From Candidatus Altiarchaeota archaeon (GTDB lineage Archaea; Altiarchaeota; Altiarchaeia; IMC4; SCGC-AAA252-I15): a stretch of 59,814 bases of DNA. The position numbers and the translations under genes are program-made. The DNA is taken from positions 1 to 59,814 of the forward strand of contig JAZDIN010000003.1 in NCBI GenBank assembly GCA_043804895.1, written 5' to 3'. Positions 8,309-16,921 of this stretch are shown one piece after another. The notes under the pieces were generated by a model. The model ran no database searches. It was not told where the DNA came from and saw only the letters and a program-made list of their open reading frames with translations. Every line of letters begins with the position of its first letter. The first letter of the stretch is position 1.

Positions 8309-9016
8309 ATGAAGACCGTTGTCATGCTCCCAACGTATAACGAGAGGGAGAACGTAAGGACAATAATCCCTGAGATACTGAAGCAGGACAAAGGGATTGA
8401 AATCCTGGTGGTTGACGACTCAAGCCCTGACGGCACAGGGGAGATAGTAGACGAACTTGCCAGGGGGAATGGTAGAATCCACATCATCCACAGGAGGGAA
8501 CGGGGGCGGGGGACTGCGGGACTCGCTGGATTCAAGTGGGCTATCGAGAACGGATACGAAGCCCTCATAGAGATGGATGCTGACTTCAGCCACGACCCGA
8601 AGGTTATACCACAGTTCCTGAAAGAGATAATGGAATATGACGTCGTCATCGGCTCAAGATACGTCCCGGGCGGAGCATGCGAGGGATGGAGTCTCACAAG
8701 GAGGATAATCAGCTCCGTCGCCAACGCCTACGTGCGGGCCATACTGGGGTTGAAAATCATGGACTGCACCGGAGGCTACAAGATATTCAGGACAGACGTC
8801 CTCAGGAGCCTCGATCTGGACAACTACGTCTCAGATAAAAGAATATACGACGGGCCTGAGACACTACTTCGGATTTCGAAGAAGGGCTTCAGGGTGGGGG
8901 AGATTCCTATAAAGTTCCGGGAGAGGGCTGCTGGGAAGTCTAAGCTTGATGCGAATAAAATACTAAGGAACCTAATAAACAACCTCAGACTAAAGGTTAA
9001 ACTCGGAGGAATATGA
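8309..9016 (+). CDS. GT2 polyprenol/dolichol-phosphate mannose (or glucose) synthase, Dpm1-like
   Basis: 235 aa. VVDDSSPDGTGEIV and EMDADFSHDP motifs of the Dpm1/Ppm1-type GT-A fold. Confidence 0.8.
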   Translation: MKTVVMLPTYNERENVRTIIPEILKQDKGIEILVVDDSSPDGTGEIVDELARGNGRIHIIHRRERGRGTAGLAGFKWAIENGYEALIEMDADFSHDPKVIPQFLKEIMEYDVVIGSRYVPGGACEGWSLTRRIISSVANAYVRAILGLKIMDCTGGYKIFRTDVLRSLDLDNYVSDKRIYDGPETLLRISKKGFRVGEIPIKFRERAAGKSKLDANKILRNLINNLRLKVKLGGI

Positions 9017-9017
9017 C

Positions 9018-10019
9018 ATGAAAGTCTTTGTTACCGGCGGAGCGGGTTTCATAGGCTCCCACCTTGCTGAACACCACCTGAAGAAGGGCGACGAAGTCAC
9101 TGTAGTTGACAACCTATCGCGGACAGAGTATAACATACGGTACCTGCAGGAGAACTATCCGAATGTGAAGTTCAGGAGAGGGGATGTCGCAGACAAAAGC
9201 ACGTTCGATGGGATAATGGAAGACCTTGACGTCGTCTACCACTGCGCCGCGCAGGTGGCTGTGACAACCTCGCTTGAGAATCCGCGCCTCGACTACGACA
9301 CCAACGCGACAGGCACATTCAACCTATGCGAGGCTGTGAGGCAGTCCGGATGCGACCCTGCGATAGTCCTATGCAGCACCAACAAAGTCTACGGCGACCT
9401 AGACCTGCCAGTATCCAAAGGGAAGACGAGATACAGGTACAGCAGGATCAAGGGCATAGATGAATCCTACCCTATCGAATCCAACTGCCCCTACGGCGGC
9501 AGCAAGATACTCGCAGAATACATACTCGACACATACCACCACAGCTTCGGGTTGAAGACTGTGAAGCCGAGGATGAGCTGCATCTACGGGACAAGGCAGT
9601 TCGGCAACGAAGACCAGGGCTGGGTCGCATGGTTCACGATAGCGGCAGTGACCGGTAAGCCTATCACAATATACGGCGACGGTAAGCAGGTGAGGGACAT
9701 ACTCTACATCACAGACCAGAACGCCGCGTTCGAGACGCTTGCAAAAAAGATTAAGAAGACCAATGGTGGGGCGTATAACCTCGGCGGCGGAGTCGAATAC
9801 ACAACCTCGCTTTACGAGCTACTGGACATAATAGAGGAACTCACAGGAAAACGCTCTAAGGTAAGCTACGGTGACTGGCGGATGGGGGACCAGAAAGTCT
9901 ACATCAGCGACATAAAGAAGATAAGGAAAGAGACCGGCTGGAAACCGAAAGTCAGCGTCAAAAAAGGAGTAGAGAAAATCGCGAACTGGACGATGGAACA
10001 CAAGGAGCTGTTCAAATGA
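9018..10019 (+). CDS. NAD-dependent sugar epimerase (extended SDR, CDP-paratose 2-epimerase-like)
   Basis: GGAGFIGSHL Rossmann motif, YGGSK catalytic region, GNEDQGWVAWF segment typical of that subfamily. Confidence 0.75.
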   Translation: MKVFVTGGAGFIGSHLAEHHLKKGDEVTVVDNLSRTEYNIRYLQENYPNVKFRRGDVADKSTFDGIMEDLDVVYHCAAQVAVTTSLENPRLDYDTNATGTFNLCEAVRQSGCDPAIVLCSTNKVYGDLDLPVSKGKTRYRYSRIKGIDESYPIESNCPYGGSKILAEYILDTYHHSFGLKTVKPRMSCIYGTRQFGNEDQGWVAWFTIAAVTGKPITIYGDGKQVRDILYITDQNAAFETLAKKIKKTNGGAYNLGGGVEYTTSLYELLDIIEELTGKRSKVSYGDWRMGDQKVYISDIKKIRKETGWKPKVSVKKGVEKIANWTMEHKELFK

Positions 10020-10945
10020 GAGCACTTGTCACCGGCTCTGAGGGGTTCATAGGAGGCCACCTAGTTAGGCACCTGAAAGAGGAAGGATACGAAGTCTGGG
10101 CTTCAGTGGAGGAACTGGAGTACGGCAAAGGCATTGATGCTGGCCACATATTGAAGTGTGACGTCAGAAGGATGGATGAGGTGAACGACGCAATAGCCCA
10201 ATCCCAACCTGACGTCATACACCACCTGGCAGCCCAAAGCTACCCGACACTCTCCTGGGGGAAGCCGCAGCTGACCCTAGAGACGAACGCAATCGGGACT
10301 GCGAACATCTTCGAATCCATCCTAAAACACGAAATAGACCCGATAGTGGTCGTCGCCTGCTCCTCGGCTGAATACGGGTTCGTGACAGAAAAAGAAGTCC
10401 CGGTGAAGGAAACCCACAAGCTCGCACCACTACACCCCTACGGTGTAAGCAAAGTCGCCCAGGACCTACTCACCTACCAATACTACAAGAACAACGGAAT
10501 CAAAGGAGTGAGGGCGAGGATATTCAACACCACAGGCCCCGGGAAGGTTAAGGACGTCGTCAGCGACTTCTGCATGAGGGCTGCCGAATGTGAGGCAGGG
10601 AAGAGGAAGGTTCTGACGCACGGGAACCTCCAGGGCAGGAGGGACATCACGGACGTCCGCGACATGGTAAGGGCGCTTCACGTGTGCGAGAAAGCTAAAT
10701 ACGGAGACGTCTACAACCTCTGCTCCATGAAGGCCTACAAAATACAAAACCTCCTCGATAAGATAGTCGACATGACAGGCGGCAAAATCAACACACAACA
10801 AGACCCCCAACTCATGAGGCCCACAGACGAGCCGATCATAATGGGCGACAACCGGAAACTTGTGAAAAAGACCGGCTGGAAGCCGAAGATAAAAATAGAC
10901 AAGACACTCGAGGACACACTCGACTACTGGCGTGAGAGAGTATAG
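10016..10945 (+). CDS. NAD-dependent sugar epimerase/dehydratase (GDP-sugar dehydratase/reductase-like SDR)
   Basis: GSEGFIGGHL, YGVSK catalytic motif. 4-nt overlap with the upstream SDR gene. Confidence 0.75.
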   Translation: MRALVTGSEGFIGGHLVRHLKEEGYEVWASVEELEYGKGIDAGHILKCDVRRMDEVNDAIAQSQPDVIHHLAAQSYPTLSWGKPQLTLETNAIGTANIFESILKHEIDPIVVVACSSAEYGFVTEKEVPVKETHKLAPLHPYGVSKVAQDLLTYQYYKNNGIKGVRARIFNTTGPGKVKDVVSDFCMRAAECEAGKRKVLTHGNLQGRRDITDVRDMVRALHVCEKAKYGDVYNLCSMKAYKIQNLLDKIVDMTGGKINTQQDPQLMRPTDEPIIMGDNRKLVKKTGWKPKIKIDKTLEDTLDYWRERV

Positions 10946-10950
10946 GAATA

Positions 10951-12174
10951 ATGGATAAGACAGTCAAACGACACATCCTCCTGCTAATATCAATCACCAT
11001 CCTCGCGAAACTATTGCTCATCGCCTTCCTTGCTGCCATACCAGTCGACTACGTCGGAGGCCTGTTAGGCATACCACCAGACGACCTCTACCACAACCTC
11101 CGCGTGATGAACATCACAGAACGCCCGCTAAAGGAGAAACTAGGGTACACGTTTGACTCGCAATGGTACGTGCAGATGTCCCAAAAAGGTTACCCGCCTA
11201 AAGGGCCAGGATACGGGAACTTCATCCCCAACCCATTTTACTTCGATAAATCCAATTGTGTTTATTGGTGGCCCTTCCTCTACCCACTGCTAATACGAAT
11301 ATTCAGCCTGTTCATGGACCCTATAATCTCAGGACTCCTTTTGACAAACGCGGCCTCCCTCCTGGCAGTGGCCTTGTTCTATCTCGTGTCCGTAAGGTAT
11401 GTGAACCCGTCCGACGCATTCAAGGCATCAGTCCTCCTGATGATGTACCCCTTCAACCTCGCAGCATGGACGTGCTCATACACTGAGCCGATATTCCTGG
11501 TGTTCGCCCTCCTCGCGTGGATTACCCTCCACAAAGACAAAATCGTCTGGTCCGGGTTTTTCATGATGCTGGCTTCATTGATCAGATTCCCCGGGCTTAT
11601 GTTATTCCCTATCTTAACTGTCATCTACTTCAGGGGTAACATGAGGGGGGTTGAAAAGTGGACACTACTCAAGCGAGTGATAATACTCAACCTTTTCGCG
11701 CTCCCAATACTCTACTGGATGCTCATTCAGGTGCCTGCTAGCACCGGAGTTTCGGTACACCTGTTGAGAACAATCTGCGGCAGATATACTAAGTATTCCC
11801 CCCTCCCTTACGCATCAGATGGCGGAATCGTTGGCTTGTTAGCAACCTACATAAACCTGTTAATCTCCTCCAGTACAGTCATGAGCACTTTCGGAGTCGC
11901 GTATTTTTTTGCGTATTTTGCTCTCCTGGCTACATACTCTTTGAGAAACCTTGACAAAAGGCTGATGTTGTACTCACTCGGCTTCATGCTATTCCACCTC
12001 CTAGTCATAGGTGCTGCGGACTCACTCGGCAGGTATTTGGGCGTTATTTGGCCTTTGTTCATATACTACGGCAGGAGGCTTGATTCAATGGACGTGTTTT
12101 TCTTTTCTGCCGTGTTCATGGGGTTGGGTTTGGTTTTATTGGAGTTGCACACTAACATGATACTGGTGTTCTGA
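10951..12174 (+). CDS. Polytopic membrane protein, putative GT-C glycosyltransferase (PIG-V/DUF2029-like)
   Basis: 407 aa, about 10 hydrophobic helices, located inside the glycosylation cluster. No soluble domain. Confidence 0.45.
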   Translation: MDKTVKRHILLLISITILAKLLLIAFLAAIPVDYVGGLLGIPPDDLYHNLRVMNITERPLKEKLGYTFDSQWYVQMSQKGYPPKGPGYGNFIPNPFYFDKSNCVYWWPFLYPLLIRIFSLFMDPIISGLLLTNAASLLAVALFYLVSVRYVNPSDAFKASVLLMMYPFNLAAWTCSYTEPIFLVFALLAWITLHKDKIVWSGFFMMLASLIRFPGLMLFPILTVIYFRGNMRGVEKWTLLKRVIILNLFALPILYWMLIQVPASTGVSVHLLRTICGRYTKYSPLPYASDGGIVGLLATYINLLISSSTVMSTFGVAYFFAYFALLATYSLRNLDKRLMLYSLGFMLFHLLVIGAADSLGRYLGVIWPLFIYYGRRLDSMDVFFFSAVFMGLGLVLLELHTNMILVF

Positions 12175-12176
12175 AG

Positions 12177-13796
12177 ATGAGGTTCGGTTGGAGGATTCTG
12201 GTTGTGGTCGTTTTGGCCTTGCTGCTTCGGAGTGTGAATCTTCAGACTGTCCCCGTGTGGGACTGGGATGAGGGCGGTAACATTGAATATGCGAGGAACA
12301 TCATGGAGGGGCGGCTGGAGTACTTCGGCCGCCAATACCATTTCATAGCCCACCCGCCGCTCTACTTCATGCTACTGGCCCCGTTGTTTAAGGCATTCGG
12401 CGCTACCATCATGGTACTGCGCTCATTCTCGGTCGTGTGTTCTATTGTGGGATTGCTTTTGACATACCTCATAGTAAGGCGGGTTCTTGATGAGGACTCA
12501 GCGCTCCTGGCGGCACTCATATACGCCATATCCCCTGAGTTGATATTCTGGGGTAGGCTCGGGTTCGCGAACAACCTCCTCGCAGTACTGGCCTTGGCTT
12601 CGATGTACCTGCTTCTGAGATTCCTAGACTCGAAGGACGAGAAGGAACTTCTCTGCGCTGCCGCGCTTGCGGGATTGTGTCCTATAACGGAATATGCTGG
12701 CATCGTGTTCCCTGCTACCCTCGCAATCGCCGTCTACTGGCATGCGCCGAAACACCTGCTGAAGAGTCTGGTTGTGTCAGCTGCGCCACTGACAGTCTTC
12801 ACAGCTATAATGCTCGCATTCGACAGTGAAGGCTTCCTCAAGGACGCAGCCTGGCATTTCGGCATCTACCCTTTAGCAATACCTGCAGTTATCCTCGGAG
12901 TACTCCTCTTCAAGAGACTCTCCCCTATGATTCTCCGCCTATTCGACCGCCTATACTGCGGCGTCGGTAAGGAGACGCCAGCCGAGTTAGTGGTCTTCCT
13001 CCTCCTGACAGTCTGGTCGATAGTGCCTTTCGAGTTGATCACCTTCTACTCAGGCATCATGCCCTCAGCCATCTTTGGAATATCCCTCATTGGCATATTC
13101 CTAATACCGAAGTCGACTTTCAGGGACGTGCTTTTCGCATCCATAGCCTCCTATGGTCTCATCCTGGTCACACTCAACCGGTGGGACCACATCAGCATAC
13201 CCCTACAACACCTGGTCATATTCGGCTCCGTCTTCCTCATAGCTAAGGTAAAGTCATACATCAGGAACCAAATGCCAGCATACGCGATGGTCCTACTCAT
13301 ACTCCCGCTTGCGGCGACACTCTTAGCTGACGTTGAAGGATTCGCCTTAAAGGGGTTGTGCGAGATCCCTCAGGCCGAGTTCGCAGCACTTAACGACTTC
13401 CTTAACCAGAGGACATCCAAGGACGACATCGTAGTCACATACTCGTACCTGGCTCCCGGGTTGAAGGCGACCCCAGCAGTCTTTGAGGTCGTCATGCCAT
13501 ACAACGGATACACATTCGCCTATGTCAAACGCACATACGCAGAAGATGAGGTCAAACAAAACCAGAGCATAAGGAACATAAGATATGCTGTCCTACCATG
13601 GGACTTCGTCCACAACTCCAGAAAAAATGGGTTCTGGACTAACGTCACAGCCGAACTGGAGAGATGGCCGCTCGTCTACGAGCTCAACACTACAAGAAAA
13701 CCCTCAGAAGGGATAGCATCCTCCCTACTAGGCATCCTCGGCCACCCAAGAAGCTGCGAAAGCAGATACGTCGTCTTGGAGAACCCGAGAGGTTGA
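12177..13796 (+). CDS. GT-C glycosyltransferase, ArnT/PMT (GT39/GT83)-like
   Basis: 539 aa. The first loop has WDWDEGGNIEYARN (acidic DE motif after TM1), then a multi-pass membrane domain and a soluble C-terminal domain. Confidence 0.6.
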   Translation: MRFGWRILVVVVLALLLRSVNLQTVPVWDWDEGGNIEYARNIMEGRLEYFGRQYHFIAHPPLYFMLLAPLFKAFGATIMVLRSFSVVCSIVGLLLTYLIVRRVLDEDSALLAALIYAISPELIFWGRLGFANNLLAVLALASMYLLLRFLDSKDEKELLCAAALAGLCPITEYAGIVFPATLAIAVYWHAPKHLLKSLVVSAAPLTVFTAIMLAFDSEGFLKDAAWHFGIYPLAIPAVILGVLLFKRLSPMILRLFDRLYCGVGKETPAELVVFLLLTVWSIVPFELITFYSGIMPSAIFGISLIGIFLIPKSTFRDVLFASIASYGLILVTLNRWDHISIPLQHLVIFGSVFLIAKVKSYIRNQMPAYAMVLLILPLAATLLADVEGFALKGLCEIPQAEFAALNDFLNQRTSKDDIVVTYSYLAPGLKATPAVFEVVMPYNGYTFAYVKRTYAEDEVKQNQSIRNIRYAVLPWDFVHNSRKNGFWTNVTAELERWPLVYELNTTRKPSEGIASSLLGILGHPRSCESRYVVLENPRG

Positions 13797-13832
13797 ATAA
13801 TGTTCTTTATATCTTAGAATCACCAATATACT

Positions 13833-14294
13833 ATGGAGGTGCGAAATATGCCACAAAAATTAACAAGATCTGGATTTGAGGGTGATTACACTGAATCTGA
13901 TGGGCTTGTTAACCAACCTGGCGGTGACCCTAGTGTGGTTAATGTCTTGCCAGGCCTAAGAAAGGAATTGATGGGGCAGCGGGTCTATGGTAATCCGGGT
14001 CTGATGCGAGGTTATGTGTTTAAATCAGGTGACACAGTTAGGGATATTGGATTCCGTATTGAATCTTCCAAAGCCGATGTGCCTCCTGAAGTGAATGAAC
14101 TACTCAAAAAACCGGGCGTACTTTCCGAAGTAGACTCTCTAACAGTGGAAGGGAAAGTTGACTCTAAACAAAGACCCTACCTAATAGTCTGCGCATCCAA
14201 CAAGTCTGGATTGACTGAGGAGAAGTTAATACGTTTCGCCGAACTAGTTAATGGCATATACGATAAGCTTCAACCAAAGCAGGCGCAGAAATAG
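13833..14294 (+). CDS. Hypothetical protein (orphan, A+T-richer than neighbours)
   Basis: 153-aa ORF. TTTATATC TATA-like box about 25 nt upstream of the ATG. No motif recognised. Confidence 0.55.
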   Translation: MEVRNMPQKLTRSGFEGDYTESDGLVNQPGGDPSVVNVLPGLRKELMGQRVYGNPGLMRGYVFKSGDTVRDIGFRIESSKADVPPEVNELLKKPGVLSEVDSLTVEGKVDSKQRPYLIVCASNKSGLTEEKLIRFAELVNGIYDKLQPKQAQK

Positions 14295-14972
14295 TCAGAG
14301 TATGCTCATCAAGTCGTCTAGTCTTGTTATGATATAGTCTGGCTCCTCCTCCGGTTTTGTCGGCTTTTGCCGGCGGCCTCCGCCTGTGAGGTACGCCGTC
14401 GCCATCCCGGCTTTTTTGCCGCCGACCACGTCTCTGTCCAACCTGTCCCCGACCATCATACAGTCCTCCGGTTTCGCCTTCAAATTGGTCGCGGCCTTCA
14501 GGAACGGGTGGGTTGACGGCTTCTTTTTCTCCTCATCAGATTCTACGACTACAGTGTCGAAGAAGTTCGCTAGGCCGAGCCTAATGAGCTTCTCCCACTG
14601 TTTCACAGGCAGGCCGTCCGTCACCACACCCAGCTTATATTTTTTCCTGCGGAGGGCTAGGAGTGTGGGTATCGTGTCAGGGTATGGGATGAGGTGCGTC
14701 CTCTTAGCCTCATGGTATGCGACAATCCCTGAGGCGACAATCTTCGGGTCATCCTCCAGTCCGAGGACCCTGAGCATGTCGTCGTAGTGGTGCTGGTAGT
14801 TGGGGCCCTCCTTCGAGACTACTTTCTCAAGCGCTTTCGTCGCATCGGCTTCACTGGCCATCATGCCAGAAGCAACCATAGCCCTTATGGCGCTCCTCCT
14901 AGCCAACGTCACCTGATGCGTGGTGTCATACAGTGTATCGTCTAGGTCGAAGAGGACAGCAGCCTTCACCAT
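14295..14972 (-). CDS. HAD-superfamily hydrolase
   Basis: Motif I VLFDLDDTLYD, motif III K, motif IV VGDRLDRDV. Confidence 0.8.
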   Translation of the reverse strand: MVKAAVLFDLDDTLYDTTHQVTLARRSAIRAMVASGMMASEADATKALEKVVSKEGPNYQHHYDDMLRVLGLEDDPKIVASGIVAYHEAKRTHLIPYPDTIPTLLALRRKKYKLGVVTDGLPVKQWEKLIRLGLANFFDTVVVESDEEKKKPSTHPFLKAATNLKAKPEDCMMVGDRLDRDVVGGKKAGMATAYLTGGGRRQKPTKPEEEPDYIITRLDDLMSIL

Positions 14973-15006
14973 GGTAATTATTTACCTTCAGCCCATTATA
15001 TGCTGT

Positions 15007-16356
15007 ATGGCCTTGTTGTATGAGAGCACGAACAGGGAGGCGCCTAAGGTCACATTCAGGGAGGCGTTGATTGCCGGCCAGGCGCCGGACATGGGCTTGT
15101 ACACTCCTGTTCAGGTTCCGATGCTCGGTAAGGGGGTCATCGACTCCTTCCAGGGTATGGCGTACCATCAGATAGCGCATTCTGTTGCGATGGCCTACCT
15201 GGAGGGTGAAGTACCCTCCAACGAGGTTGCGAGGATAACAAGGGAGTCCTACGACTTCGACGTGCCGCTCGAGCATGTCTTCGGAAGATGCCATGTCATG
15301 CGCCTAGACAGGGGGCCGACCGCGTCGTTCAAGGACTTCGCGGCAAGGATGATGGCACGGCTCATGCAGTATTTCATCAAGAAGGATGGGGGGGAGATAC
15401 TTATCCTCACTGCGACATCCGGGGACACCGGAAGCGCAGTCGCGAACGCGTTCCACGGCCTAGCCAATATACGGGTCGTCGTATTGTTCCCTGAGGCGGA
15501 GGTAACCGACAGGCAGCGGAGGCAGATGACGACATTAGGCGGCAACGTGACCACCATAGCGTTGAAGGGTAAGTTCGACGACTGCCAGGCTCTGGTTAAG
15601 AGGGCGTTCGCAGACCGTGAACTCACGCACCTTCACATGTCCTCAGCGAACAGCATAAACTTCGGGCGTGTGATGCCGCAGTCCATCTACTATTTCTTTG
15701 CGTACTCCAGATTATGTGAAGACCCTGGAGAAGAGATAGTGTTCAGCGTACCCTCAGGCAACTTCGGCGACCTCATAGGAGGACTCCTGGCGAAGAATAT
15801 GGGTTTGCCTGTGAAGAAGTTCGTCGTCGCCACCAACGAGAACGACGAATTCCCCAGGTTCATGAAGTCAGGAGCGTACGCCCCCCTGAAACCTTCGAAG
15901 GCATGCATCAGCAACGCTATGAACGTCGGCCACCCCAGCAACCTGGCGAGGCTTTTCCACATGTATGGGGGATGGTTGGATGAGGGGGGCGTCGTCAAAG
16001 AAAACCCTGACCTTGAGAGGATGCGCTCAGACCTGTGGTCAGTGAGCGTCTCAGACCATGAGACGAGGGAGACGATAGTGGACGCGTACAAAAAGCACAA
16101 GCTCATACTGGAGCCACATGGGGCTGTAGGGTGGGCTGGGCTTATGAAGTACCTGGGATTAAAGGACAACGTCCTCTCAGTATCTCTTGAGACTGCGGAT
16201 CCTGCGAAATTCCCAGAAGAGACAGTCTCACTCCTCGGATTCACGCCAAAGACACCGGAATGTCTCAAAGGCCTTGAAAGTAAAGAAGAGCATATAGTCC
16301 GGCTGCCGTCGGACGACTACGACAGCCTGAAGGAGTATCTAAGGGGGATGGGTTGA
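15007..16356 (+). CDS. thrC: Threonine synthase
   Basis: PLP-lysine motif PTASFKDFAARMM, TSGDTGSAV. The track ORF starts at 14920 but overlaps the HAD gene. The ATG at 15007 (MALLYEST...) fits homolog N-termini. Confidence 0.85.
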   Translation: MALLYESTNREAPKVTFREALIAGQAPDMGLYTPVQVPMLGKGVIDSFQGMAYHQIAHSVAMAYLEGEVPSNEVARITRESYDFDVPLEHVFGRCHVMRLDRGPTASFKDFAARMMARLMQYFIKKDGGEILILTATSGDTGSAVANAFHGLANIRVVVLFPEAEVTDRQRRQMTTLGGNVTTIALKGKFDDCQALVKRAFADRELTHLHMSSANSINFGRVMPQSIYYFFAYSRLCEDPGEEIVFSVPSGNFGDLIGGLLAKNMGLPVKKFVVATNENDEFPRFMKSGAYAPLKPSKACISNAMNVGHPSNLARLFHMYGGWLDEGGVVKENPDLERMRSDLWSVSVSDHETRETIVDAYKKHKLILEPHGAVGWAGLMKYLGLKDNVLSVSLETADPAKFPEETVSLLGFTPKTPECLKGLESKEEHIVRLPSDDYDSLKEYLRGMG

Positions 16357-16387
16357 TATTTATCTCGGTACTCTCATACTTTGTTTG

Positions 16388-16921
16388 ATGGGCCTCTTTG
16401 GTTCTATTACAGGGCTTTTCAGGAAGGAGCCTGAGAATCTGCTTCTGGAGCTTGCGGCTGAGCTTAAGCTCACATACTACCCCCCTGTGGATGATAAGCC
16501 TGCGTTCGCGACCGGCTTATACAGTGGCAGGGGCGTCACACTCGACTGCATGAACGAGAAGGGCTACCACGACATCTGGCATCCCCACTCCCGCGTGGTG
16601 GTCTTGGTCGACAGGAACGTAAAGGACACCTATATCGTCTCATACCAGGGACGATTCTACAGCCGCAAACTAGGCGAAGTTAAAGTAGACGACAAAAAAT
16701 TCAACGACAAGTACGCGCTCCTCTCCAGTGCACCGCACAAGGCTGAGAAGATATTCACAGACGAGGTCCTATCATGGATACTCAGGCTGGAAATGCCGCT
16801 GATACTCTCCGAGGGCCATGTGCTGTTCCACCAGGACAAGTTTATCGATGACAAGGAGCGGGTGAAACACATCATCGACGCGCTTGTCTACATAGCCACT
16901 ATGGCTGAGCGGACAAGGTAA
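16388..16921 (+). CDS. Hypothetical protein
   Basis: 177-aa ORF (TTG 16385 / ATG 16388). Its 3-prime end overlaps the convergent giant gene by 23 nt. Confidence 0.55.
   Translation: MGLFGSITGLFRKEPENLLLELAAELKLTYYPPVDDKPAFATGLYSGRGVTLDCMNEKGYHDIWHPHSRVVVLVDRNVKDTYIVSYQGRFYSRKLGEVKVDDKKFNDKYALLSSAPHKAEKIFTDEVLSWILRLEMPLILSEGHVLFHQDKFIDDKERVKHIIDALVYIATMAERTR

Noticed and set aside
14920-15006. 5-prime extensions of track ORFs (thrC from 14920, purE to 48601, dapB from 48366, aIF2beta from 43988, ilvH from 52443, 35560 ORF to 36435, mini-pilin 1 to 4607)
   Set aside because: The extensions overlap the divergent neighbour or lack similarity to family N-termini. Internal ATGs give canonical N-termini, often with an SD-like or TATA-like signal.
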